Positions 49,601-59,235 of a stretch of 64,000 nucleotides of DNA are shown one piece after another. Source of the stretch: Iphione sp. A-MEVVRFRX5 (Eukaryota); contig OZ320317.1 of assembly GCA_976226885.1 (NCBI GenBank), positions 51,894,001 through 51,958,000 on the forward strand, read 5' to 3'. The translations under genes were made by a program, and so were the position numbers. The first letter of the stretch is position 1. Every line of letters begins with the position of its first letter. The notes beneath the pieces were generated by a model that was not told where the DNA came from, did no database searches, and saw only the letters and a list, made by a program, of their open reading frames with translations.

Positions 49601-52600
49601 ATCATCGAGGACCTAAAATCGGTAATAAATTCTTGTTCATGCTTCACAGATGGTGTGTACTCTTTTTAGACCCCTTGTTCTTTTAACAATGGCAAATTAT
49701 GAATAGATTGTGAAATAGCAGCAAGTTCTTAGTACGGTTATGGTTTTTATGATTTTTATATAGCAGTGATGAAAGAACATGCATTATTCTTTTCCTATTT
49801 CTGTTTGATTTAAACGTTGTGGTCCTTTATTTCTAATTAATTTTCAGGAAAAGGTTAACCTGGAAAACACATTAGAAAACATTAAAGAAGACTGCAAAAT
49901 AAAGAATCAAGAGCTGATCCTGCAGATTGAAGAGAATGCAAAACGGAATCAAGCAAAGTTTAAATCGATCATTGATAAACATAACGCTGAAATTGAACAA
50001 CTCAAAACAGACAGTAGCGAGTCACTTCAAAGGAAAATAAATGAGCTGCAACAGGAGCAAAAGCAGGAGGCCGAATCACTGATAAGGAGCCATGAAGATA
50101 AGCAACGGGAGTTGAGCGCTGACCTGGAGGCCATGCATGCAAGTCGGGTGGAACAACTCACAACTGCTCATCAGAAGGTGGCCGAGGAGCAACACCAGCA
50201 GATGGAAGCCTTCCGTAAACAAGTGGCGGAGCTCTCACAGAAGAACTCCAACTTGGAGAAGGAAATGACTGAGATGACAGCCCAGTATGAGCAAAAGCAG
50301 AGAGAAATGGAGGCCAGGCTAAACGATGAAGTGACACGGTCAGAAAAGACTGCCAAGGAAAAAGCAAACATTGAAATAGAAATTGAAAGCCAGAGAAGCA
50401 ACATGAAGGTGCGTATTGATGAATTAAACTCAAAAGTTGAGGAACTTGATGTAAAACTTAAGCAGACTGTTGATGAAAATGGCAAACTGCAACAGGATTT
50501 GAGACGTGCAAGAGAAGAACTTGAAAATCAGGTTTCGACAGTCACACAGATGGATGCTGACGCTAAAAATCTTCAGCGAGAGAAAGCAGACATTGAATCT
50601 GAGGTTGAGAGAAAACAGAGGGAGATGGAGCAGAAGGTAGAACAGTATGAGAATCGCCTGAAGGAGGAACGACAGGCACATGAGGAGGAACTCACTCGGA
50701 GACTTGAAGCTGTGCAACTCCAGCAGCAAGCCTCAGCCGACGATTTGGCGGCTGAACTTGGCAAGCAGCTGACTGCTGCTAACCAAACAATCTCTACCCA
50801 AGAACTGCTTATTCAGGACTTAAAGATGCATGAGTCTGACCTGACCAATCAAATAACGAATTCTAATGATGAGCATGCTACCAAAATGAAAAGTCTACTA
50901 GATGAGAAGGCTCAGTTGGAGGAAAAGCTGGAAGCAGTAACAGAAAGTGAGAAAGCACTTAAGAGTGAAAAGTTCCAACTGGAAAGAGATCACGAGGCCA
51001 AAATGGCCTCCCAGACACAAATGGTCAGTGAGATGCGGACAATGGTAGAGAGTCTCAAGGTTACTGAGGGAGAGTTGCAGCAACAGTTGGATGCAACACA
51101 GTCTGATTGTGAGTCCAAACTAAGTCAAGCCTCAGAGGGATATAAGAACCAGATGATGAAGCTCTCACAGACTCTAAATGAAAACCAAAGCCAATTAACC
51201 ACTGTGATCGGTGAGCTAGAGGCAGCTCGGGCTGAGGCTACCAACATATCCAATCGGTTCACTGCTGAGCTTGAGCACAAAGCCACAGAACTTGAGGAAC
51301 TCCAGGAGAAGCTTGAAGAGCAGCAAGAGGCCTCAGAGAAGGTCCAGAGGGACAATTCCGAAAAACTGGTAGCCTTAGAGATAGACATTCGGGAGAAGAC
51401 ACAACAAATCCAAACGCTTGAATTGGCACTTCAGGAGAAACTGAGGGAGGTTGAATCAGCTGCACAACGCATTGCTGAGCTGCAGCAGAATGTGATCACA
51501 TGGCAGACAGCAGCCAACGAAAAGGAAGGAACTCAGTCAGCTCTTCACCAGCGCATCTCAGAGATGGAGATTCAGTCGCAGCAGCAGCGAGAAGCACTAC
51601 AGGAGAAAGTTGCTTTCATGGAGAAACAGGTGAGTGGACATTTGGGTCTGGAGAAAATGTAACTGTGAGAAAAAGTATTTTACAATGCAGGTTACCTGTG
51701 GTATTATACATAAAGAATGGTTTTACGTTAACCCTATCTAGGCGGGTGATGCCCTGAAGCATTCCCGGGTGAACGACGGGTGATGCCTTTAGGCACTCCC
51801 ATGTGAAAGCCAGGTGATGCTTTAAGGTATCATTTTGATTCTCAGTGTTTATCCAATGAATTACCATGGAAATACTGAATGGATTTTGATGAGATTTGGA
51901 TTAAATGTAGAAAAATAGTCATACTTTATTCAGGTTTATACAGAAATAATGAATTCTGAAGGGAACATGACATTTTCCTATTGAAAAAGACATATTTCCC
52001 TGTGTTTACATAGGAAACTACTGACATGTGAAGTAAATTACCTACCTGATATCAAATTCCAAGCAAAATTCTCAAATAAATCAATATTTTTGTTCCAAAT
52101 ACCTTCATAAATAGATATCCATACTAATTTCTCCTTAGACAATTGAATAAAATTACTTTAGAAGGCTTACAAAACCCCGAATCGTCCATGCGTACAAATA
52201 TGATGCAATAGTAGAGTGCTGCCCTCTGTAGGAAAGTGCCAAAGTTAGTCCCTCCCTGTAGGTCCATGACGTATTGTTAGGTGCTGCGTGGATAGGGTTA
52301 ACTCCTATCGTTACAATCAGGTGTGTGTAACAACAAGGACAAGGTAAATATCTTTAAGTTATAAATGCAGAAAAATTGTTGAAGGAATTTCATTAAAAAT
52401 TTTTGTTGTGCTTTCCTAGATACACGACAAAGACAGTGCTTCCACTGATGTATATAAACGTATGGAGGATCTTGAGAAAACTATTCGGGATAGAGAAAAC
52501 TCGATCACATCCAAAGACTCCACAATCCAAGCTCTGGAAACGCAACTTTCTCAACAACAGGATAGTCGTAATGCACATATTGCTGGTCTGGAGAAAACAG

Positions 52601-55600
52601 TGGAGGAGAGATCGCAGCAGCTGCGGCAATTAGAGGAGCAGGTAAGACCAACAGCAGAGGCTTGGTATAGGATGAGCCCCAATACCACATGTTCATATCA
52701 TGTTTTCAAACAAAACTTCTTCCAAAGTTAAAAGCAGTTTGTGTAATGTGTAGGATAAGTTGTCAGAACCCAGTGTTGCGATTACTTTGAATAAAGTGAA
52801 ACATCTTAACAGAAAATAATTATATAATTATTTTTCTTAAATTCAACATGCTTATTATTTACTTCCCAGATGCAACAAATGCGTCAAGCTGCCAGCGAAG
52901 ACAAAGAATTAGCTGTCAGCGATATGCAAGAACAACTAGATAAAAGAAAAGACGAACTTGATGCTGCCAACAAGAAATTTGCCCGGCTTCGTGAAGAGGC
53001 GAAGAATAGGATCGAGGACCTCAAAAATAAGGAACAATCCTTTACAATTCAGCTTGAAGACAAAGACAGACAAATCAAAGCTAAGGTAGAAACAATACGA
53101 CTCTTCTTCATCATTATTGCCCAGACCAATAATTATCATACGCTGATGGAAGCTGTATAGCTGTTAGTCCAGATTTCTTTCTAAAAAGATTACCACCATG
53201 AAGATATGTAAGATGATTAATTGCTGCTTTATTATGCTGTAACTTTCGTTTTTGTACATGAAACAGTGCAACCTCTTTACGCCGATCGATCAGATCAAAA
53301 TTAACTCGAGGTAGATTTATATGTAGGAATCCCACAGAGAAAAAGAACCAATTTTACACTTCATAGTTATCGGAACATTGGGGCATTCCCTGTGCGGAGC
53401 ATTAGTAGGTAAAGCTTCGACGCTGTAGCACTGATATGGAAAGAGATGAATATGAAAAATGTTTGCAGAAAGGAAGTTTTATGTCAATGGCAAATATTGT
53501 TTCACAATCAGTGGGTTTTGGTAACTACCTAGCAGTGAGAGACAGGAGCATATCTAAAACGAATTTAAAAGGACTTGTCTGTACGTGTATTTGCAAAGGG
53601 GGTCCTAGGAAATTACCTTCGGACCTTGTTGATTATTTTAGCTAGACACTCTTTGCTGGATTGGTTAGGATTGCGTAGAGTGTCAGGTAAGTTTCCATAC
53701 AACAGTTACAGTACACAAAATTACCGTAGGAGGACGAAATGCAGATGCGGATTCAGTCCATGCTGGAGGAGTTTGAAGCGCAGAAAGCTGACTTAGACCT
53801 TGATAAACAAGCCAGCATTAAACTCCTGACAGAGAAACTGGAGCAAGAAAGAGAGGCAATGACAGCATTTAAGGTAAGGCTAAGAACCTTTTCAGTTGTA
53901 TAATTTGTGCCACAGTTTCTCTTAATCAGTGGAACTCAGACCAATTTATATAGTAAACTGTATATGAGGCCGTGAAGGCTCCAATATAGGCATACGTCGA
54001 CGGTGATGGGTGTGACATTTGATGTCTGAGCTGGTATCAGGTTTTACTAGCAGATCTGATACTTGAGGATTCTGGCCTTATCGTTGGTTTGGCTGTCTAT
54101 GGGGCTGTGTGTGTGCATTATATATATCTGAGCTTCACATTGCAGCTCACAGCTGGATTTTCCACTAGTTGTTATAAGACTACAGCTCATCAAACTAAGC
54201 CATGATATAAAGTTGTGATTCAATTTCCGTATACTCATTATCTGAAGAAATGGGATTTCTAAATGAATCTCATGAACACAACTTTGTTTTTAACTATACA
54301 AATACAAGTCAGTAACTGAATTACCGTGAATATTGAATGATAGTGTGTAAAACGAGGCCCATTTATATATGGAGTCTTGAGGGTATACATACATATATTC
54401 AGTCAGATCGAGAGAAATAACTACTTATATTATTTTGGTGGTATCATTACGAAAAATACAGGCAATACCTCTGCATAGAAAACTATGAGCAGATTTAAGA
54501 GAAGGGATGAATTTGAATCCTGGATGTAAATTACTCACGGATTCACCGTAAAGTGGTTGCTGCGAAAGCAGTAATACGTCATTACACTGGTATTATTTTC
54601 TTCTTAATAGGTAAAGAAATCCTTTTATCCGTATACTTACAGGAAAATGTAAAGAAACAGTTTGATGAACGTCAGGCACAGGTCAAGGAGACCATGGCTA
54701 CCATGAAGAATAGGTTTGAGGAGACGCTTAAAGACAAAGAAGAAATCTTCAACAAGCGCATTGCGAAAGCAGAAAGTGCAAAAGAGAGAGGTCAGAACTG
54801 GTTCTTATTTGTACCTGCTGATAGGGTTAAATTACATTAGGAAATGTTATTTTGAATTTAAGTCACTTATGGTGTTGGTTATTTTGTTTCAAATGAAGCA
54901 TATTAGAGAAAGAAGGTTTATCCTTTCAGAGATTAAGAGATGCAACGCAGATATATTCAGTGGAGGGCTTGGTGTGGAGTTTTTTTTTTATCAACTGGGG
55001 ATGCCAAAAGCCATCGGCTTTTGCAGTGGCTATGATTATGCCTGACATGTGCTCTTACCTCATGATGTTTCAATCGGTACTGCCTCTTTCATGCACTGGA
55101 CGCTCCTGGCACAGACAGGGGGAAGCAGTCACTATCAGGGATCCAATGATGACTAGAGTGTATGTGTACTTTTTGTCCAGTGGCCTCTCCTTTATCTCTC
55201 TCCCTGTTTGCTTGTGTATGTGTGAGCCAGCCATGATGGCAGCTCTCTAGGTGAAACCTACCATGAATGGCTAGGACTCTGTCTGTCTCTTTACCTGCCA
55301 GTGTATTGCTGTCGTGGGGTCTTTTGCTGGCTGGTTGATGGGATGGTCTGTGGATTGTGACCTGGCCCATCTCGGGAGCAGCTTTACAGAGAGCATAACA
55401 TTCCTATGCCAACCGGTCCAATGTGTGTATCAGACTCCTGCGAAATTGTGATAAATTAGTAAATTCTAACACGCTTTAAAAATTATTTCAAGAATTTCTC
55501 CAACAGCATGGACTCTGCTTGTATAGCCAGTTTTCAGCTAAATAGGAGTAACACTATATATTAACAGATAAATTAAATAGCACGTATATTGTTAAAACAT

Positions 55601-58600
55601 TCAAGACATAAAGTATCAAGTGATAAGTTTGATCAAACTTCCTCCAAAATCTTTCTTTCTCTCTGCCTTAACCAATATGTATGAGAATAAACTGAACTCT
55701 TAACAAGCAGTTTGATATTTGAAAGTCATGTCGAGGGAGCACATTACAGGCTATATAGTATCTTCTGACAGACAATCAACTTCTATACTTATTTCCTTCG
55801 TTTACAGCATGCACCTAAAGCTTATATTCCTTGGCTGATGCTTTGTCTAATCTGCCTTAATTTTGGTCGCATGCCATTTGGATTTCAGAGAAAATGCAAG
55901 CGCTGACGGAGAGAGAGAGTCGGTTTCAAAATCAGATCGAAGAATTCCGAACCAAGACAGAGGAGAAATACGACAATGCTCTGTCTGAAATGGAACTCAA
56001 GCATAAAGGAGAGGTTGATGCTCTGAAAGCTGAACTTGACTCCACGAATACAACAATACAAGAACTTAAGTCTCAGTTCAGTGTTGAGAAGGAAACACTG
56101 GTGAAAAGTAATGATAGCCAGAATTCAGCATTGTTAACAGAGCTAGACGAATTAAAGAAAAACTTAGAGGAAATAAAGTCAGAAAAAGAGGCGTTAGAAA
56201 TGAAAGTGAAAGCTGCTGAAACGTTGGGAGAAAAGAATGATGAGTTGGAGAGTCGACTCAAGCTTATTGTAGAGAAGCATGAGACGGAATTGGAAGAAAA
56301 AGAATCAAAGAATCAAGAGACAATGGACACACTTACTAATCAATTACATACCAAGGAAAAAGAAATGCAGGCTTTACGTGAAGAGTCTGAGGACAAAATA
56401 AAAGAAGTACGAATGGAATACCAAAATGAAGTACAAAATGAGCAAAAAGAATTGGAACAAAAAGTTGAAAATATAAAACAGAACTACGAAACTTTGCTGA
56501 ATACAATGAAAACGGAGCACGACTTGGCTCTCAGCCAACAGGCACATTTGCTGCAAGAAAATGATGTCAAACTAAAAGAACACAGAGAACTTGTGGAGAA
56601 AAAACAACAAGATATTAAGGAGCTTCAGGAGAAGTTTAAACGCCTAAAAGAAAAGGCACATGTACGTATAGAAGATCTGTGTAAGCAGCTAGAAACCAAG
56701 GACATTGCAGCTGCAGCTTCTGCTGAGCAGCTGGAGGCCACACGAACCGAGTATGAAACCCGGATTTCAGAAATGACAGACAATGACTTGGAGTTGCAGT
56801 CCAAGTTAAAAGAACTAACTACCAAACTTAATGCGACAGAGGAGAGGCTACAGGAATACACTGCCACGTTAGAGAGTACAGTGGAGAGTTATCAGAAAGA
56901 GATCCATGCTCAAAAGAAGCAGTATGAGGACCAGATGAAACTTCTTACCGAACAAGTAACAGCGTTCCAGACACAGGCTCAACTGTCAGCCGAAGAACTG
57001 CAAAGGGAGGTTGAGACAAAGATGCGAGAAAAAGACAAGCTGTTGAAGGAAGAGTCAGACAAGCATATAGCAGAAGTTGCTGACCTGAACAAGAAGTGGG
57101 AGCTCCAATTACAGGAGTTAAGTGAAAAGCATGGCACTGAACTTGGGGCCATTCAGTCTGAGAAGGAAACTAAATTGAAGGAAGTAGAGGAGCAAATACA
57201 ACAGCAACTTATGTCAAGCAGTGATTTAGTCGAAGAAGTCAAATCCTTACGATTAGTGGCCAGTGAAAAGGAGTCGGCTATGAAAGCTTTAGAATTTGAT
57301 TTGAAAGTGGCGGAAGACGAAATGTCTAGAATGTCAAGTAATCAGAAAACAGAGATTGAGACGTTAAGGAAAGGTCTAGACGAACAGCTTGAGGAGAAAG
57401 TGAGCAAAACGCTGCAAGAACAGTTGTATACCGTACAGGCAGATCATGAAAAGCAGCTGGAGTGTGTAAAGATGGAGGCTTCTACAGCGTGGACTCAGCT
57501 GCAAGAGAAGCTACAAGTAGAACACGCCCAGGTTCTGCAAGAAAAGGAAACAGAATTTGTCAAGGAGAAGGACGTTATACGCAAAGAGTCTGAAACACTT
57601 TTGATGTCTAGGTTGAAAGAGAAAGATGAAGAGTGTCAAGGAAAGCTCGCTGAGTTAAAAAAGAAAGCAGAAACGAAATTCCTCCAGATTAAGAAGCAAC
57701 TAGAGGGCAACCGCGAGAAAGCAATCGCTGAACTTAGTGAAAATAACTCCAAATTACAAGAAACTGTGATCGAGCTCGAAGAAAAAATGTGTAATTTAGA
57801 AGAAGAGAAGGCTTCACTTGAATCAAAACTAGCTTCATTAGAAACAGAACATTCACAAGAAAAACAGAGCATCAAGGCAGAGTATGACAGCGAATTGAAG
57901 TCAAGAGAATCTGTTATTGAAGAGGATAAGCAAAGGTTTGAGGCACAGCAAGAGCTAGAAGTTAAGCTGAAGGTATTAGCCACCAACTTAAAGAAGGAAA
58001 AGGAGGAAATTCTAGCTAAAATCAAGACGTTAGAGTCAGAAAAGTATGATGTAGAAAACCAGTGTGAAAAAAGTGAAGTAGCGCTTAAAGCCCTCAAGTC
58101 AGAAATGGAGAGGCTGAAACATACACATGACATTGACGAGCGCACAATGAAAATGGAGCATGAGCAGGAAATGGAGAAGATGAAGAGTGAATTTGAGGGC
58201 CGGATAGAGGATATCGAGAATGACCATAACTCACGTGTCAAGCAACTGCTGAAAGAGTTTACCCTCAAGATATCAGAAAAGGAACGTGACTTTCAAGAGA
58301 CCTTCAGCAGTGCCCTTGGTGAGTATCATATACCCTTGGGATCCTTACTCACTTAACCAAGTTCATTTCGGATTCCTCTCACCTCCTGCCTCTGGTAACT
58401 GTGTATTTGCAGACTAACAGTACGGGTTCTTTTCTCTCTGCACGATGGGAGCATGGCTGCTTTCTTCAGGGGTAGCATGTGTAAAGTGGTCCAGCGTTAA
58501 CTTCAATAAGCTCTCCACTGTAATGTCAACTTATTCCTCGTTAAAGCAAGACAGGTAGGCTGAGTAAACTTTTTTAAAAGATACTTTGCAGGGGACTTAT

Positions 58601-59235
58601 TGTTACTTTTATCTTGGTATACTTTTAGAAAAGAGCAGGCGTGAAGAGGACAAGATGGCATATGAACACCGTCAAGAAACTGAAGAATATCTGAAAGAAA
58701 TACACGAGAAAGACCAAAAGATGGAAGATGTAATGGAGGAATATGAAATCCAACTACAGGTGAGATTTTCATTACACGCAGATGAGTCGGACATGTCAGA
58801 CCGAGCAGTAAACAGCCTTATATTCGTCTTTGGATATTTTAGTATCAGCAAAATTTGTAGTATAACAAGTTGTGGGATTCTTGGTCTACTGACCAGATTC
58901 CAGATTGCTGGAAACAATCCTCCTTTTGCCTTAAGAATTAGTGTCCGACACGGGCAACTAAACTGCTCGTAATACTCCTACAAAGTCGTGTCCCTTAACA
59001 TTGTTACACCTAATAGGCCAAGGATGAGACGTACATGGCAGACATCAAGGAGAAGGACTCGAAAATTGCTGAGCTTGAGCGATGCCTTGTTGAGAAGGAT
59101 GAGAAGCTGGAAGCTGAGCGGGCCCACATGGAGGAGGAGGTGCGGGCCCAGGTAACCCGCCAGTTTGAGTCACGGGACCGCATGCAGCAGGAGGAGATGG
59201 AAGGCCTGTCCCGTGAGTGGGAGCATGAGCGGCAG
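13625..59235 (+). CDS. GOLGA4: Golgin subfamily A member 4 (golgin-245/p230), spliced gene: 19 coding exons traced, 3' end and GRIP domain outside the window
   Basis: N-terminus MFKKLKQKIEEG. Several blocks align by eye with human golgin-245 (SQDRAFRRISELKEQIQLDQLAK, LLSKCKDTIK, DKAMMVAEVKQQMH, DHNSRVKQLLKEF). All exons have AG/GT ends with compatible phases, total 7134 nt, long E/K/Q-rich coiled coil. Confidence 0.93.
15154..15761. mobile_element. Foldback-like non-autonomous DNA element with arrays of subterminal repeats
   Basis: GGCGATTT...AAATCGCC termini; five (GA)TTTCGGACC-type units on the left and four inverted GGTCCGAAATC units on the right; internal 21-bp tandem x3.5 (15568-15648). 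TSD not found. Confidence 0.7.
15936..16330. mobile_element. Tc1/mariner-type MITE (~395 bp)
   Basis: TA|cagtcagtactcaaaaaccaaacaatcg versus reverse complement of the right end cagacaatactccaaagccaaacactcg. Right TSD reads TG. Internal degenerate aaaatcggc repeats. Confidence 0.7.
19001..19016 (+). promoter_or_regulatory. CTCF-like motif
   Basis: ACACCAGATGGCGCTA matches CCASYAGRKGGCRSYA at 15 of 16 positions. Motif only. Confidence 0.4.
19828..19911 (+). CDS. GOLGA4: GOLGA4 exon 2 (AVQDETPTKGWTSNEDELTPAGELVSVQ)
   Basis: 84 nt open frame, tgcag acceptor, CAG|gtcag donor, phase 0/0. No homology support recognised. Confidence 0.65.
20820..21212 (+). CDS. GOLGA4: GOLGA4 exon 3 (SDGPARL...SKEQLHHYFRQMQRRSEKYKSKFTQ)
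   Basis: 393 nt, actag acceptor, CAG|gtagg donor. S/P-rich region, then SKEQL...KY similar to golgin-245. Confidence 0.9.
21354..21697. mobile_element. MITE with GGCCGTGTTT TIRs (PIF/Harbinger-like or TA-targeting)
   Basis: tta|ggccgtgtttcaatga ... tcattaaaacacggcc|taa; ~16-bp TIR with one mismatch. Confidence 0.75.
21885..21932 (+). CDS. GOLGA4: GOLGA4 exon 4 (VMNAYRELERERDKLK)
   Basis: 48 nt, tttgcag / gtaaac. Resembles human LVTAYQMLQREKKKLQ. Confidence 0.88.
22181..22336 (+). CDS. GOLGA4: GOLGA4 exon 5 (TNLTTSQDRAFRR...KVLKTQ)
   Basis: 156 nt, phase 0/0. Resembles human SQDKSLRRIAELREELQMDQQAK...VLQTQ. Confidence 0.92.
23150..23308 (+). CDS. GOLGA4: GOLGA4 exon 6 (IQLLKDGKELPE...ALKEK)
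   Basis: 159 nt, ctcag / gtaac, phase 0/0. Confidence 0.88.
23323..23390. repeat. Perfect 34-bp tandem duplication
   Basis: gtgcttgaacttcaaacaaactgacagatcacat x2. Confidence 0.95.
23528..23827. mobile_element. piggyBac-type MITE (300 bp)
   Basis: TTAA|CCC...GGG|TTAA; 22-bp perfect subterminal palindrome GATAATGCCTTAAGGCATTATC at 23760-23781. Confidence 0.75.
23874..24014 (+). CDS. GOLGA4: GOLGA4 exon 7 (VRRLEVLLSKCKDTIK...LATYK)
   Basis: 141 nt, phase 0/0. Resembles human VKRQENLLKRCKETI. Confidence 0.9.
24380..24611 (+). CDS. GOLGA4: GOLGA4 exon 8 (ENGHKERTKLQ...MLEKN)
   Basis: 232 nt, catag / G|gtaag, phase 0/1. DKAMMVAEVKQQMH motif. Confidence 0.92.
25310..25760 (-). mobile_element. 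3' fragment of a CR1/L2-like LINE ORF2
   Basis: Minus-strand translation RLLNIMFRQIYRRCLG...LLTELRILPL...YTGTKLFNSFPVALR resembles the post-RT C-terminus of CR1/L2 LINEs. Confidence 0.55.
25760..27480 (+). mobile_element. 5'-truncated, degenerate CR1/L2-clade LINE (RT pseudogene)
   Basis: WKCARVTPIHKAG...NYRPVCIL...QFGF, PQGSQLGP, and YADD at 26703-26714; many stops and frameshifts. Confidence 0.92.
28003..28181 (+). CDS. GOLGA4: GOLGA4 exon 9 (AQEQLEKSRE...ALSLMQ)
   Basis: 179 nt, ttttcacag / gtaag, phase 1/0, compatible with exon 8. Confidence 0.92.
28551..34310 (+). mobile_element. DIRS1-type tyrosine-recombinase retrotransposon, copy A (full layout, decayed)
   Basis: lITR 28551-28638 is inverted to rITR ~34196-34273; ICR 34014-34108; gag-like ~30840-31690; RT with YIDD at 32255-32266; methyltransferase-like VDATSQDW...WPQAWY ~33030-33190; YR C-terminus AHSS...EIIKKGMWSHANTFKLFY ~33830-33945. 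Confidence 0.88.
28874..29260. repeat. ~84-88 bp minisatellite, ~4.5 degenerate copies, inside DIRS copy A
   Basis: The anchor ccctca recurs at 28917, 29001, 29089 and 29173. Confidence 0.85.
34415..39210 (+). mobile_element. DIRS1-type element, copy B (internally deleted; interrupted by pogo)
   Basis: lITR 34415-34470 is inverted to 39124-39177. Gag-like ORFs at 34663-35886. RT pieces SNIFLRPKPNTSFRMILDLSKVNK | HFKMET...DLKNAYH...LPFGLSSAPRIFTK, then a direct jump to the rITR (no RNase H, MT, YR or ICR). Confidence 0.88.
36216..38882 (-). mobile_element. pogo/Tigger (TIGD-like) DNA transposon, near full length, decayed
   Basis: TA|cagatgaacctcgttatc ... gtagacgaggtccctctg|TA. Transposase remnant 38288 to ~36670 with a CENP-B-like HTH, DETGLF, VLCDN, LPPNTTSHIQPVDAGII and terminal KQTLIRDFFK. 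Confidence 0.93.
42230..44030 (-). mobile_element. Penelope-like element (RT + GIY-YIG endonuclease), 5'-truncated, decayed
   Basis: PPGRPILSANGCPTEKIS; NNFQFNGKNYLQVSGTTMGT; RFVDDIFIIW; YLHFSSAHP; RRAKNLRNVLVRA; YCITCMRCGKQYVGQTK (assembled across frameshifts). Confidence 0.92.
45900..46800. repeat. Long pyrimidine-rich (CT) low-complexity tract
   Basis: Strong strand asymmetry; the ORFs here are compositional artefacts. Confidence 0.8.
47222..47400. mobile_element. Small hAT-like MITE (179 bp)
   Basis: caggcccatggccagg ... cttggctacgtgcctg TIRs around poly-G and poly-T runs. 8-bp TSD not recognisable. Confidence 0.6.
48146..48241 (+). CDS. GOLGA4: GOLGA4 exon 10 (QEMDKKL...QLVAK)
   Basis: 96 nt after a strong pyrimidine tract, tatag / gtaga, phase 0/0. 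Follows a ~20 kb intron. Confidence 0.88.
48640..48900 (-). mobile_element. Possible Gypsy integrase (H2C2 zinc region) relic
   Basis: Frameshifted GIGVVEAETKLILPHY*...HVKMYVC*HCQ...STWQL. Weak resemblance only. Confidence 0.25.
49343..49621 (+). CDS. GOLGA4: GOLGA4 exon 11 (DEELKQKV...IEDLKS)
   Basis: 279 nt, tttcag / gtaata, phase 0/0, coiled coil. Confidence 0.9.
49848..51629 (+). CDS. GOLGA4: GOLGA4 exon 12 (large coiled-coil exon, 594 codons)
   Basis: 1782 nt open frame that includes ORF 50112-51662; ttttcag / CAG|gtgag. Confidence 0.93.
51732..52297. mobile_element. piggyBac-type MITE (566 bp), related to 23528-23827
   Basis: TTAA|ccctatctaggcgg ... ctgcgtggataggg|TTAA. The left ~70 bp resemble the reverse complement of the right end of the 23528 copy. 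Confidence 0.8.
52420..52641 (+). CDS. GOLGA4: GOLGA4 exon 13
   Basis: 222 nt, ttcctag / gtaag, phase 0/0. Confidence 0.9.
52870..53085 (+). CDS. GOLGA4: GOLGA4 exon 14
   Basis: 216 nt, ttcccag / gtaga, phase 0/0. Confidence 0.9.
53730..53873 (+). CDS. GOLGA4: GOLGA4 exon 15
   Basis: 144 nt, ccgtag / gtaag. An alternative in-frame acceptor at gcag (53744) is possible. Confidence 0.82.
54643..54790 (+). CDS. GOLGA4: GOLGA4 exon 16
   Basis: 148 nt, cttacag / G|gtcag, phase 0/1. Confidence 0.88.
55889..58318 (+). CDS. GOLGA4: GOLGA4 exon 17 (giant coiled-coil exon, 2430 nt)
   Basis: Phase 1/1, tttcag / G|gtgag. Includes ORF 55894-58356. Ends DHNSRVKQLLKEF...SSAL, like human KHNSTLKQLMREF. 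Confidence 0.94.
58629..58759 (+). CDS. GOLGA4: GOLGA4 exon 18 (EKSRREEDK...EYEIQLQ)
   Basis: 131 nt, ttttag / gtgag, phase 1/0. Resembles human ...SHQEETNQLLKKIAEKD. Confidence 0.92.
59017..59235 (+). CDS. GOLGA4: GOLGA4 exon 19 (AKDETYMADIK...WEHERQ)
   Basis: 219 nt, taatag / gtgag, phase 0/0. Confidence 0.9.

Noticed and set aside
57636-58268. 210-aa minus-strand ORF and similar S/F/L-rich ORFs opposite exons 12 and 17
   Set aside because: Antisense shadows of E/K-rich GOLGA4 coding sequence.
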